NCBI GenBank assembly: GCA_023231475.1
Contig: JALJEE010000946.1
Coordinates: 1-62,569 of the forward strand
Direction of reading: 5' to 3'
Source: Seison nebaliae
Taxonomy: Eukaryota
Length of the DNA: 62,569 bases
The translations under genes and the position numbers were made by a program. Positions within the stretch are counted from its first letter, which is position 1. The number at the start of each line of letters is the position of its first letter. Positions 24,384-37,817 of this stretch are shown piece by piece. The notes below the pieces were generated by a model. That model had not been told where the DNA came from, made no database searches, and saw only the letters and a program-made list of their open reading frames with translations.

Positions 24384-24454
<71 letters not shown>

Positions 24455-27400
24455 GTAGCAATATTCAATATGACGAAAATAATCGATGGAGTCGATTCGG
24501 TTATAAATTGTTGGAGTATTTGAGTAGTTTCAGTCAGAAATGTGATAGATTAACAGTTTATTTGTGGCGATTGTTATATTTACATTTGAGTAAATTTATT
24601 TCATTCGCTATCGTTGTGGTGTGTGTGGAGAATCGATTGTCACATTCATCAGTCAATTTGTTGAATTTAGTTCTCTTATTATTCGTAGTTGTATTATTGC
24701 CGGGTGGACGATTGACACATCGAGCAATGAGCAGTCTCCTTCTCATTTGGATATCGGGTATCGTTTTAGCCAACATGTCTTTCAATGTCTATTGGAAGAT
24801 GATGAATACTCAGAATTATCTTCAATTCATCAATCCACATTATTCCTCTTATTATAAACTTCATCAATCTCATTATCAGAATTATTCCGTTGCTAATGAA
24901 ACATTATATCGATTCATCGGTATTCATGATATGATTGACAATGTCGACGATTTCTCTTTCATCACCAAATATATCGTCATCATTGTTTTTTTGGCATTGG
25001 AAGCGATTGTTCGCATCAAATCGTTATATGGAGGAATTTATAGTGACGAATCCATCTCCACTATTTTCCATACCATCAATTGGAAACGGGCTGATCAATG
25101 TCTCCAATATCTCTGTCAATATCTTATTAATTATTTCTTTCATCGATTTGGAGTTGAAATCACTTTGATTAGTATCGCCAATTTAATAGCAATTCGTATG
25201 GATATCCATTCCATTATTTATTCGTTATGGTTAGGCGTCCTCCTTTTCCTTCAACGACAACAACAAAAACGATTATGGAAATTCCTTATTATTTATACGT
25301 CCGTTTCAATTCTCTTTCAATATATCTTTTGTCTCGGTACAGGAATTAATAGAGAACAAAAATATTTTCCTTTTAGTCAATCAATGTGTCATTATCTTTT
25401 CATTCCATATTCGGATGGATATTGTACTTCTGTTACATCTCCAAATGTTCAAATGCCAAATATGTGGAAATTGTTAATGGATTTTCTTGTTCTCTTATCA
25501 GCATCAATGCAATGGCAAATATTCCGAATGGAATCAATTGACAAATTCAAAAATATCATCGGAAATAATACCGAACTCATCGATCACAACGACAACAACA
25601 GCAGTAACAGTAACAACAATAACAACAACAATTATAAGAATCCTTATCATAATTATGTGATAAAATTTCGATCATTTCTTGATAATATTAAATATTTCGT
25701 TTTCATGTATAGTTTCTGGATAACATTGGCTGGTGTTTTATTTATCGGTATTTGGAGAATTAGTATCACCGGTTTCGGATATGTGATGGCTGCTTTCATT
25801 CTATTATGGCAAGGACAAGATTTTTTGAAGAAATCGAGACGACAAATGAAACGATCATGGTCGTTATTGATGGCGTATAATTTCGCTGTTATTGTCATCA
25901 AATCATTTTTACAATTCTGTTCGTGTTATCTCGTCGATTATCCACAGATCTCGAGTATCTCTCAAATTCAATGTATTTATATACCGCAAACGAAACGGAA
26001 AGAAATTTCAGCTGATCTTCAACGAGACATCGTCTGTTTCATCTTTCTCATCTTTCAAAAACGTATTTTCTCCAGTTATTTGTTCGATCATGTCCGAAAA
26101 GAGATGTCTACTGAAAGTGCCATGGCATCATTAGGTGCCGATTTATTGAATGGTTTCCTTCGACAGAAAGCACGTGTCTTCCGAATTAAAGACAAAGTGG
26201 AATTGAGAAAAGTTGAAATTAATTTGTTCCGAATGGAAACCGATCAAATTACAATTGATGCTTATGTCGAACATTATGCCGCTATTCGATCTGGTGGCGA
26301 TTATATGTTTCCATCATTAGCTCTCCAATCATCAAAACGATTTCCCGATCAACAAAATTATCATTTTCCTAATAATCCTAATCAGGAATTCGTCGGAACA
26401 AATCCCTCCTTTCAACAACAACAACAAGATCGATTATATGAACAACAACATCAACAATATTATTATCAACAACAACAACAACAGCAGCAACAGCAAGAAC
26501 AACAAGAAGAAGAACAACAACAGCCAATACAACAATTTTCTGATAATCTTTTAAATTTTCATAATTCAACAAAACAACAACAATCACAAGAACAACAAGA
26601 ACAACAAGAACAACAAAAACAACAATTACAACAACAACAAACAGAAGAAAAACAACAAATTGAACAGTTTGGTATGAATAAAACTGAATTGAATTATGAT
26701 AATTGTGATGGAAAAAATTCATCGAATCATCGACTTGTTGTTGATACATCGAATCAATCGATTGGACCGACATCCACCACTTCCATCCGATGTCAGAAAT
26801 GTAATGAAAGATTGGGCTCATCGAATATATCTCTCGTTCCATATAAAACTCATTCATCAACTTCTACTACTCTTTCAACTACCACCACTACCACCACCAC
26901 CGACGACGACGACGATGACGATGATGATGATGATGATAATAATAATAATTTCCATCAAAATCATAACCATAGAGAATCATATGAATTGCGTCGTCGAAAA
27001 GGTTCATCACCATCTGCTCATCTTCCACCACTCCCACACGTACAACCATCAGCGATAATGAAAGAAAAAAAGATAAAGAAGAAATTGAAGAATGAGAATA
27101 AAATGAGATCGATGACAACGTCCGACGTTCATCAAGATCATATGACATCTTACACTCCCCAACATTTCGATCAGAAACGTCATCGTGACATTCAACAACT
27201 TTATTGTCGAACGTGTCGTCATTCCATTTCGTTCGAACATCAACAATGTGATTCGCCCGATGAAGATTTTAATATTCAATCGGTAAAAAAAGAAAGAAAT
27301 CCAGTAGGTCCAATGGAATTATTCTCTTCTTGGATCATTGGAGGAAAACGAGAAGTATTAAAAAGAGGTAAATCCATTGTTGATTGTGAACGTCATCGAC

Positions 27401-28789
27401 CTGAATTTAAATTCCTTAAGCCATTCAAAGAAGTTGACGATGAAGAAGATGGTGATGATTGGGAGAATGGAAATGATGATGAAGAAGAAGATGAAGATGA
27501 ACAAAATCCAGATATCCAATTAAAGAAAGAAGATATTAATGACAACAATAATAATAACAACAACAATCGAACAAAGAGAAGTTCGGTAGGAATGAACGAA
27601 AGAAGATTGAAGAAAAATCGATTTCTTTCTGAATCTCTTTCCTCCACCAATCTCACTACTACAACTTCGCCTATACATACGGAAAGACTTGTTGATTTGG
27701 ATGATGGGAAAGGAATGAAAACATCATCATCCGAACAACAGAAACGTCGAAGTATTTTCCATCGACGACGACCAAAGAAGAAAAATTTTGATGAAATTCA
27801 TTTATCGTTCGAAACATCATTACCACCGGCACCATTAGCTCAACAGGAAACTGCTCAAACGACTATTGACAATTTGAATAAATTGACGGAAGGTGGTGGG
27901 AATGAGAGAAAGAGATTAGATGAAGTGGATTGTGATAATATCGATATCAATATCATTAATAGATCGCCACTTTCTCAAGGAAAACGTTCGGAAGAATTCC
28001 TTTCAATTCCTGAAGAAATGACGAGTCAAATGGAAAAAGATCATCGACATTTATCGAAAGATTATTCGAAAAATTTAAATAAATTATTAGATAAATCATT
28101 TCATCAAACTATCGATATCGATGATAATGAACAATCGGGTGATGGAAATCGAAATAACAACAACAGTAATTTGAGACGACGACGAAAGAAAAAGGATCGT
28201 ATCATTCATCAACCCATTTCCACAGTAAAATATTCGACTAATCAAAATGATCCAATTCCGAATCATCAATTGACGACTACCGATAATGAATCGACGTCAT
28301 TATTGACATTATTCTTTTACGTCTACATTAATCATATCATCAAATTCTGTAATCGTGTATCTGCTGAATTTCGACGAGTCTCTCATTTGTTAGCTGAGAG
28401 AAAACAACTTCATCGAGATACAATACCGGAACAGGAGGAAGAAATAGAAAACGGTTTTGATGATGATTTCGATAACATCTCCAACATACTCAACAAAGAG
28501 GTCGAACAAGAGGGAGAAGATGAGAATGAAAAGAAATTGATGGGTGGACGAAGTGGAGATCATTTACGTCGTTCTGAGTCATTCTCTCCCATTTCCACTT
28601 CCGTCGAAAATATGACATCAGATGATGGTAATGAGAGTGATAATGAAATCGATTATTATGACGACGATTATTATGACGATGATGATGATGATGATGATGA
28701 TGATGTAGTGAATAATGAACAAGATAATTTCTATCAATATCAAATTAATTGTCGAGCAAATGATAATATATCAATAGATCATCATCATC

Positions 28790-28823
<34 letters not shown>

Positions 28824-31800
28824 GAAAATGGAATATGATGATAAGATATATCGACAGAAAGAGAGAAAAAGAAGAAAATCATTAAGATTAGATAATAAAT
28901 TTCAAAAAATAACAATGACATCCGAATCTATACCAATAACAACAACAGCAGCCAAAACAACAACAACAAAGAATATATCGACAACAATTGATAATGGAAC
29001 AACAATAGCAGAGAAAGCGACAGTTTCAATATTGACGAAATCATCATCTGTCATACCGATGACATCATTGAATGATAATAATAATCATCAAATAAATTAT
29101 CCTCCACCCGTCATCACAACGACGCCAATGAACAATTCGAATAAATATGGAAAAATCGAAAGTTTAAAGGAATTGAAACAACGATTAAAATTGGATGGAA
29201 AGAAATTTAATAAACATCTCAAGAACGTTGTCAAATCGAAAGATTATAAAAAAACTTATAATTTTATAGATGATGAATTGAATCGGATCGATGAACGATT
29301 CCATCAACAATCAATTATTCTCACCGAATCTAAAATGAATTTAGCTGTAAAAACCATATCAGATGAGAATTTATCTGATAACAATCAGAATAATAATCTA
29401 ATTCAACAACAACAACAACAACAACAACAACTACATCGAAGACATCATCGAACAACAACAACAACATCATCAATATCTTCTATTTCCAGAACGAAAAGAG
29501 AAAAACAACGAGAACAAGCGAAAAAGTTTGAAGATATTTCTCATGTTGAATGTCGTCATATGGAGAGGAAGATTCATCGTTTTATTTCATGTCTTAAATC
29601 TTCCGAATATAATGAGCAGGAAGAGCAGAAACGATGGAAACGAAAATATGGTGGAATTAATGGTCGTATATTTTGTCTTCTTTTAGCACTCTACCATATG
29701 TTTGAATCTAAAACTGAATTATTATGTTATTTCTTCATAATCGTTCAGAATATTTCATCCGCCAGCGTCCTCACCATTTTTCCAGCTCTCTCTGTTTTCT
29801 TGTGGGCAATGTTGGCTGCACCACGTCCTGGAAAACAATATTGGATTATCATGATCGCTTATGTTCAATTTAGTGTACTCTTGAAATATGTTATCGAGTA
29901 TGTTCTCGTTACTTTCTTCCATGGAGAAGAATCGAAAGCGATCAGTACAATTCTCAATGTTCGTCCTAATCACAATCGAATCGTTCTCGATTTGTTCGTT
30001 CTACTTACTTTATTCTTTCATCGTTCCATTCTCAAACGATATGGATTATGGAGAGATAATATGTATTCTGCTACTACCACCAATTCTTCCAGTTCTTCTT
30101 CAGTCTCTTCTCTCACTCATCGGAAGAAGAAGGAAAAATTAGAAAGGAATCCATCAATTTCTGTTCCTTCGTTAAAAACGGATAATGATACAATGCCAAA
30201 TTCCAAACGAATTCATTGGGGAACGGCATCATTTAATATGAAGAACAAAAATGAAAATAATCAATTACCATTATCTAAAACGGAAGATAACTTACATCAA
30301 TCGACACTTCAATATAATCAATTCTTCAAATCTGCCATCATTAACATCAACGGTAATTCTCAACATCCTTCATTAGTCTCTTTCCCTGACGAACATTACT
30401 CTCGACATCGTCACCATCACCAACATCGTCATCATCATCATCATCATCAACAACAACAACAACAACAGCAACAAGTACAATTGGAGGAGGAGGAAGAAGA
30501 AGATTACAAAAAGAATTATTTCTATCAGAAACTTATTTATCCGATCGAACATCGAATCAAACGATTATATTGGCGTCTTACTTCCTCCGATTTGTCGACA
30601 CCATTCGATCTTTATTCTTGTATGTTCGTTTGTGATTTCATCAATTTCTTCGTTATCATTTTTGGTTATTGGGCTTTCGGAGAGACAGATTCATCTGATG
30701 TTGTCGCCACCATCAAAGAGAATAAAGTCCCTGTTCCATTCATAACAATGTTGGCAATTCAATTCCTTCTCGTTCTCATCGATCGAGCATTATATCTGCG
30801 AAAGAATGTCGTTGGTAAATTCATATTTCAAGTGGCTCAAGTCATAATTGTTCATGTCTGGATATTTCTCGGATTACCACTCGTCACTAAACGGTTTCAC
30901 TTTCTTTCTTAAACAAAATATTGTTGTTATATCAATTTATTTTTAGAGCATTCACTGAGAATACGCCTGTGCAAGTCTATTATTTTTTCAAATGTATTTA
31001 TTTCGGATTGGCAGCTACTCAAATAAGAGCAGGATATCCTTCTCGAGTTCTCGGCAACATCTTCCAACGAACATACTCCTATGTCTATATGGTTCTTTTC
31101 AAAGGGTTCTCTTTTTTTTCATCTCTTCAATAAAACTTAAAATTAAATTTTTTTATTCTCTTTCCAGATTTCTAGCTATTCCTTTCCTTTGGGAATTACG
31201 CTGTCTCACCGATTGGATGTTCACTGACACCTGTCTCGGCTTTTTCCACTGGGTTCAAATTGAAGATATTCACGCTCATATGTTCGTTCTCAAATGTTGG
31301 CGATGGAGTGAATCGGTTCATCTCATTCTTTTTTTATTCAATTTCTTCATTAAATTTTTATCATTTCTAGAAATATCCAACGACTAGAGCAGTGAAAAGA
31401 AGAGCCGCCGTCAAATATGGATGTGGTGGACTGTTGTTGTTTCTCATCGTCATTGTCATTTGGTTCCCACTCATATTATTCTCGTTATCGAATGTTTATT
31501 TTACAACTGCTTTCCCACAAGACGTTACTGTTGAAGTTCAATTGGGAGGATATCAGGTATTTATATTTATTATTCCATATTATTTTATATTTATTTTATT
31601 CTCTCTATTTTATAGCCTCTCTATCGAATGAGTGCTCAACAACAATTCTTAGAACGACTAAACAAAACCGAATATAATCGACTACTCTCTTGTTTTAAAA
31701 ATAATCGAGAAGCAATGGCATTCATCGCTCAATATAAACCAGAAGATATTTGTAAAGTTTCACTCGTAGGTAATTCGACTGTCGTTTGGGGAATTACTCC

Positions 31801-33462
31801 TCCAAGTCGCAAGAGTTTATTAAATGATTTGAAATCCAATTCATCAATTCTCATGAAATTCTCTTATCAAATTACACGGTTAGTTCCATTTCAACTGTTT
31901 AATTTCAACCAAAAAATTATTTTTTCCTTCACTAACTAATTATCTCCCGATCAAATTCTTTCTAATAATCTCTAACTCTTATACGAAATAATTATCGAAA
32001 ACACATCGATTCCAATCACATCAGATCCAATATTCCCAAAGGGTGAGTCGATAAAACTAATCGATAAATATTTATTTTTTCGATTGCTTCTCCATCCAAT
32101 CATTCGATTATTTCCGAGGGGGAAAGTCTCATTCCATTCTCAACCAGTTCATTGCTGACTTTATTCCATCCATTCATCCAAAACTTTCTTTTCCATCAAT
32201 TTCCATTAATTATTTTCTTCTCTTCTTCTGCTCATGAAAATATAATTTCGATTATTCCAAATTATGATTCCGATAAATCTAGACCACATGTGAAAAGGTA
32301 AAATTCATTTTTTCTTTCTTAACATTTCTCTCTCTGTATCTCTCTGTCTCTCTCTCTCTCTCTCTGTTTGCTGTGTCGTAATGATTGTTGTTGTAATGAT
32401 TCGCTTTCTCTTATTATCATTTTCACTTTGACACAAGTTTTGTCATTGGAATATTTCTAGCTAATCACTTCCTCTTTCCTTTATCTCTCACTTTCACCCT
32501 CTCTCTCTCTCTTTTGTGTCTCTCTTACACTTCTACTTTTCTTCCATTTCAGTGAACCGAAAGGAACGATGATTTCCGAAATCATTTCTAACGATTATCT
32601 CATCGAATTACCACCAGCGTCAACCGCTAGACACAATTTAATCAAAATCCTCGAAACCGAATCATCCGACGTTCTCATTCCCAATCTAGTCCCAAATTAT
32701 ATTCAAGCACCACGAACTGGTCGATTGAGAGCAGTTCTCACTGATCCCGTTCACGTAACGGAACCCGAATCGAAATTCTATGTTGGATACAGTTCGTTAG
32801 ATATGACATTGAAAATTGACGACGATGAAGGCGGTAAAAGATTATCGGAAATATTTAATACAAATTCCTCTCTCGACAATTTGACGAATGAGAATCGATC
32901 GACTGAATCGTCGAACAAATCACCACCGATCCATCCCTCCATGTTCTCGGCGGCTTGGTGGGAGATGCGACAACAACGTGGCGAAAATCAAACGACTTGT
33001 TGGCCAAAATCCGACATGTTGGACAAGAACACGACACGTTCCATCATTCTCTACATTTTCAGTGACAAGATTGCACCGGACGAATTCTCATTCGTCACCG
33101 GTTATGGTATCATCGGTCTCTATGTCTCTCTCATTTTTGTGATTGGTCGATTTATTCGTGGATTCTTCTCAGACGTCTCCTACAAAATCATTTTCGAAGA
33201 GTTACCTGACGTAGATATTATATTAGGTCTAGTACAAGACATTTATCTGGCGAGAGAGACGAGATCTTATCGATTAGAGGAAGAATTGTTGGCGAAATTG
33301 ATATTCATTTATCGATGTCCAACCGCTCTCCATAAATTGACGAAATTAAACATCGATAAACTGAATGCACAAATTCGTGGATATGACGAAGATATTAATG
33401 TGCATAATCAACCACATAAACTGAACGGTCTAATAAGAGCCAATCGTCAGAAACATCAATAA
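19838..33462 (+). CDS. PIEZO: Piezo mechanosensitive ion channel, greatly expanded (~4,000 aa)
   Basis: N-terminus RILFPLALLFATTIRYNILSL. WAVTYHS motif. PFLWELRCLTDW..TDT anchor motif. VKYGCGG outer helix. GYGIIGLYVS...IIFEELP...LEEEL.AKLIFIYR.P inner helix and CTD. Approximate exons: 19838-21831, 21916-21967, 22222-22368, 22534-30893, four short exons to 31878, then 32553-33462. An upstream ATG at 19802 is also possible. Confidence 0.96.
24384..24453 (+). repeat. (AAT)n coding microsatellite (poly-Asn) in Piezo
   Basis: Uninterrupted AAT run of over 20 units. Similar AAT, CAA and GAT runs at ~20420-20461, 24140-24172, 28677-28703, 28790-28822 and 29404-29430. Confidence 0.95.
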
Positions 33463-34085
33463 AAGAAGAGTTATAACTATAATTATTCCATTCCAACTAC
33501 ATTCTTGTCAAATCATCAATCAGATCTAGTCGTTCAACCATTTTTTTTTTTCATAAATTATTTCCTCCATTCACGAGACTTTTATTTATATCCGTTCGTA
33601 CCAATTATTCGATCGAGATATGTCCATTCCTTTTTGCACCATCTCTCCAACTCCACCCCAATTTTTCCAAACCGTTGACATCTCCACAAATGTTATTCAA
33701 TTAAACTCATATTAATTCCCCGTCTATTTATGCACATTCAACTTTCCGTTCGATAATGAAATTATGAAGAGTTCAAATAAATCAAATTTAATTATTTTTC
33801 TCTTCTTCAACTACTTCATTTTACTTTCTTCAACTTCACATTTAACAACAACCACTATATTCTAGAATACTTCAAGATTAACATCACTCACTAACAATAA
33901 GAAAATGAAGAATGTGAAGATTTACGTATAGAAAGACGAAAAATTAGTCAAATTAAGAGAATTAGGTTCGATTATAGGAGAAATTCAGTAGATTCAGTAA
34001 GTCATATGAGCTATTTGTGAAGTTTTAAGAAGAATTTTAATTTAAAATTTTTAATTGAATTGAAAAATTGAGAAAGTTTTAATTA

Positions 34086-34099
34086 GTTGTCATGGCAAC
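34086..34099. promoter_or_regulatory. X-box (RFX site) candidate
   Basis: GTTGTCATGGCAAC, a near-perfect palindromic X-box ~475 bp upstream of the CCT2 ATG. Confidence 0.6.
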
Positions 34100-34574
34100 T
34101 AAATAGTAACGTTACTATTAGTTTGAGATGAATAACTAACGAATTGAAGGAAGAATGTGTAAAATTGAGAATTATTATTGAAATAAATTTATGGCTGATG
34201 GGGAGAAGAACGTTTTCCATGAACCTTCTCTAATCGTCCAACACTTGATTCCAATTTCAATCTAACAATTGTGACTGGAACTTCGTGTTCTGACGAATTC
34301 ATATGATTGCTAACGAATTTCTAAGATGAATAACGAGGAAATCTAGAAAGAATCGTGTGAAGAATGTATAAAAGTTTAGCTTGATTTCCAATCACGTTCA
34401 GTTCAATCGAATTTACTAGAACGATTTCCAGAAATTATTTTCAATTCGAATTAATTCGTACTCTCTTCCCTCTCATCGTCTTGTTGGAATGGTGTAATAT
34501 TTTCTTCAATTTATATCACAATTTCCTCTTCGATTTTTCCTTTTAGAACTCCTTGAAATTTTAGTTGACCGAGA

Positions 34575-36191
34575 ATGTTACAATCGATGTCGATGTTGAA
34601 ACCGGGAGCGGAAGAGGACAAAGCAGAGAATGCGAGAACAACGGCATTTGTCGGAGCGATTGCCATTGGTGATCTCGTGAAGAGTACGTTGGGACCGAAA
34701 GGTATGGATAAAATCTTGTTGAATGCGAGTGAAAGAGAATTGGGAAAGATTCAAGTGACGAATGATGGTGCCACTATTCTCAGATCGATTGGTGTCGATA
34801 ATCCGATCGCAAAAGTTCTTATCGATATTTCTCGAGTTCAAGATGATGAAGTTGGAGATGGAACAACTTCCGTTACCATTTTCGCCTGCGAATTATTGCG
34901 AGGTGCCGAATCATTGGTCGCTCAACATATCCATCCACAAATCATCATTGAAGGATGGCGACGTGCTTCCAAAATTGCAGTTGATCAATTGAATAGTATT
35001 TGTGGTTCGTACAAGAACGAGGATAAAGATGATCTGGAATTTGAAAAGGAACGTCTTGCTCAAATTGCCATGACAACGTTGAGTTCGAAGATTCTTCAAC
35101 ATCTCAAAGAATTTTTCGCAAATTTGGCTGTTGACGCTATTCTGAGGTTGAAGGGAAGTGGGAATTTGGAAGCGATTCATATTATAAAAAAATTGGGAGG
35201 AAATTTACAAGATTCTTTTCTAGACGATGGTTTCTTACTCGATAAGAAAGTTGGATTGTATCAACCAAAACGAATGGAAAATTGTGACATTCTCATCGCC
35301 AATACACCGATGGACACGGACAAAATAAAAGTGTTTGGTTCGAGAGTGCGTGTAGATGGAATTAGTAAATTGGCAGAGATCGAGAAAGTGGAGAAAGTGA
35401 AAATGAGAGAGAAAGTGGAGAAGATTCTCAATCACAAATGTAATGTTTTTATTAACCGTCAATTGATTTATAATTATCCTGAACAATTGTTCGCTGACGC
35501 TAAAGTGATGGCAATCGAACATGCCGATTTCGAAGGTGTTGAACGTTTGGCATTGGTTACTGGTGGGGAAATCGTTTCCACCTTCGATCAACCCGACAAA
35601 GTACGTTTAGGTCATTGTGATGTGATTGAAGAGGTGATGATAGGAGAAGATAAACTTCTCAAATTTTCCGGAGTTAAATTAGGAGAAGCGTGCACTATCG
35701 TCATTCGAGGTGCTACTCAACAGATTCTCGATGAAGCAGAACGTGCACTTCATGACGCTTTGTGTGTCCTTCAACAAACCGTTAAAGATTCAAACGTCAT
35801 TTATGGCGGGGGTTGGGCTGAAGTTCGATTGGCTTTAGCGATTAAAGAAGAAGCGAAGAAATTGGCAAGTAAAGAAGCGATCGCTATGGAAAGTTTTGCG
35901 AACGCTCTTCTTCAACTCCCAACAACGATCGCTGATAACGGTGGTTATGATAGCGCTGAATTAATTACGAAATTAATAGCACAACATTCAAATAATAAAG
36001 ATTCTTTATTCGGACTCAATATGGATTGTGGTGATATTGGCGATATGAAAGAGTTGGGAATTCTCGAATGTCAGAAAGTGAAACGACAAATGATCGTTTC
36101 AGCAGCAGAAGCAGCTGAGATGATTCTCCGAGTTGACAACATCATCCGATGTGCTCCACGTCCACGTCAAAAAGACAATCGACCATGTTAA
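34575..36191 (+). CDS. CCT2: T-complex protein 1 subunit beta
   Basis: [69 protein letters not shown]. Intronless 538-aa CDS. Confidence 0.98.
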   Translation: MLQSMSMLKPGAEEDKAENARTTAFVGAIAIGDLVKSTLGPKGMDKILLNASERELGKIQVTNDGATILRSIGVDNPIAKVLIDISRVQDDEVGDGTTSVTIFACELLRGAESLVAQHIHPQIIIEGWRRASKIAVDQLNSICGSYKNEDKDDLEFEKERLAQIAMTTLSSKILQHLKEFFANLAVDAILRLKGSGNLEAIHIIKKLGGNLQDSFLDDGFLLDKKVGLYQPKRMENCDILIANTPMDTDKIKVFGSRVRVDGISKLAEIEKVEKVKMREKVEKILNHKCNVFINRQLIYNYPEQLFADAKVMAIEHADFEGVERLALVTGGEIVSTFDQPDKVRLGHCDVIEEVMIGEDKLLKFSGVKLGEACTIVIRGATQQILDEAERALHDALCVLQQTVKDSNVIYGGGWAEVRLALAIKEEAKKLASKEAIAMESFANALLQLPTTIADNGGYDSAELITKLIAQHSNNKDSLFGLNMDCGDIGDMKELGILECQKVKRQMIVSAAEAAEMILRVDNIIRCAPRPRQKDNRPC

Positions 36192-36415
36192 TCTGAACTG
36201 ACAATGGAAATAAATTAAAGAATAAATTTATCAAATTCTTGTTTACCGTTCGGAATAATTTTTCTCATGAGAATAATAATTTATAAAAAGTAAAATTAAA
36301 ATTCTTTTTCTTTCTCCACTTTTTTTACTAATCGTTTTCCGTTTACTACTAATGGTGAAAGATGTTTGAATAAATTTTCTTCTTTATTTTATCAGACTCT
36401 TCTCTTTCTCTTCAT

Positions 36416-37817
36416 ATGTCGACGAAGGCCGAGAGGAAAGCAGCAAAATTGCTGCGACGGAAACAATTATTGGAACAGCGTCCTGAAACTCAACAGGTGA
36501 AGTTAGTAGATGGTAGTAATAATGGCGACATCAAAGACAAAAATGATGTTGGTGCATCTGGAAAGATGGTTGGGGAATTGGAGAAATCGTTAAACGATTC
36601 CACGACAGTTATGGAGATTGAGGATAATAAATTATTTTTGTTAAATTATTTTATTAGAAATTGAAGAATTATTTTATTTTTATTCTCTTTTCTCCAGTGG
36701 CGATGTCGAACATTGTTTTATTCAATTAACATTTTCGGATCGATGTGATGGAACGTTGTCACCGAATCATCGATGTCGATTATTACTTTCAGCCCTTTAT
36801 TTGGTTAGCAGATGAAGCGTTTGTTCCATTATTTCACTTTTCTAGTTTATTGATGTAGATCGGATCGAATCATATTCAGAAATCATTAAATTATTTCAGT
36901 TATCAATCAGGTTTTTTCCATTATAAATTTCGGTTATCTTATCACTTTGTAGTTATTACAAGAAATATGTTCAGTTGAATTCGGGTCAATTTAACATCCT
37001 TCACTTGTATCGACAAGAATTAGACATGAAAAAGAAAGATTCAATCAAATCCATTCAAACGCATATGAAGGAATGGATCAAACAATTTGCATCGATTCGA
37101 ATGCGACTTCCACAAACTGCCATTTCTAATTATGCAATTGATAATATTAAAATATATAAAACATTTCTCATATTTGGCAAGTTAAACTTCAATATATCAT
37201 CCACATTCCATCATTCCTTCTCTAATTTAGATCGTCGATTATTTTGGATATTATGAAAATGATGAACGAGGAATGTCTGGGAAAGATGAAACCAATTTGT
37301 TTATATATTGTCAATGCGGATGAATATGAAAACGAAAATAAACTGAAGGAACTAGTTGAAAAGTCGTACGGAATCGATATTATCAATTTGTCGTTGTCAG
37401 ATGTTCAGGATGTGTTACCCAGAGTGGACCGCATCTTAGTGGAAGTTGATGGTATTACAAATGATGGTTCGGTCATTGCTCCCACAGGAGTGGCCGTCTT
37501 GGCATTGGAAGCGAAGGAACAATCCAAATCTATAATATTCATTTGTGAAACTTTCAAATTTACAGAGGAGATAAATGAACGAAAGTCGAAAAATAGAAGG
37601 AAAAACGGTTTTTTTTCATAGTCATCTTCCTAGTCATTGAAGATTTTTAGGTGAAATCATCTCTCCTCAACTCACTACCAATTCATGTGTACTTTCTGAA
37701 GTCGGATTCCTTCCCGTCCACACCGCTGTCAATACCATTCGCTCCAAATCAAATGGACAACGCAAATTTGATGCTTACATCCATAACATGATATTTTGGG
37801 ACCAAGACGAAACTTGA
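36416..37817 (+). CDS. EIF2B4: Translation initiation factor eIF2B delta subunit, divergent, 6 exons
   Basis: SKAER-type N-terminus (TKAERKA). Spliced translation gives HCFIQL...PNHRCRLLLSAL, IFGKSSII, NDGSVIAPTG..LAL..K...ICETFKF, and VLSEVGFLP...IRSKS, all paralleling eIF2B-delta. Five short GTT..AG introns keep the frame. Confidence 0.8.

Noticed and set aside
24210..27656. Minus-strand poly-Leu/Val/Ser ORFs
   Set aside because: These are antisense shadows of Piezo AAT/CAA/GAT repeats.
34488..34574. Upstream ATG exon extending CCT2
   Set aside because: An in-frame TGA at 34566-34568 blocks it, and the protein from 34575 already has a full-length N-terminus.
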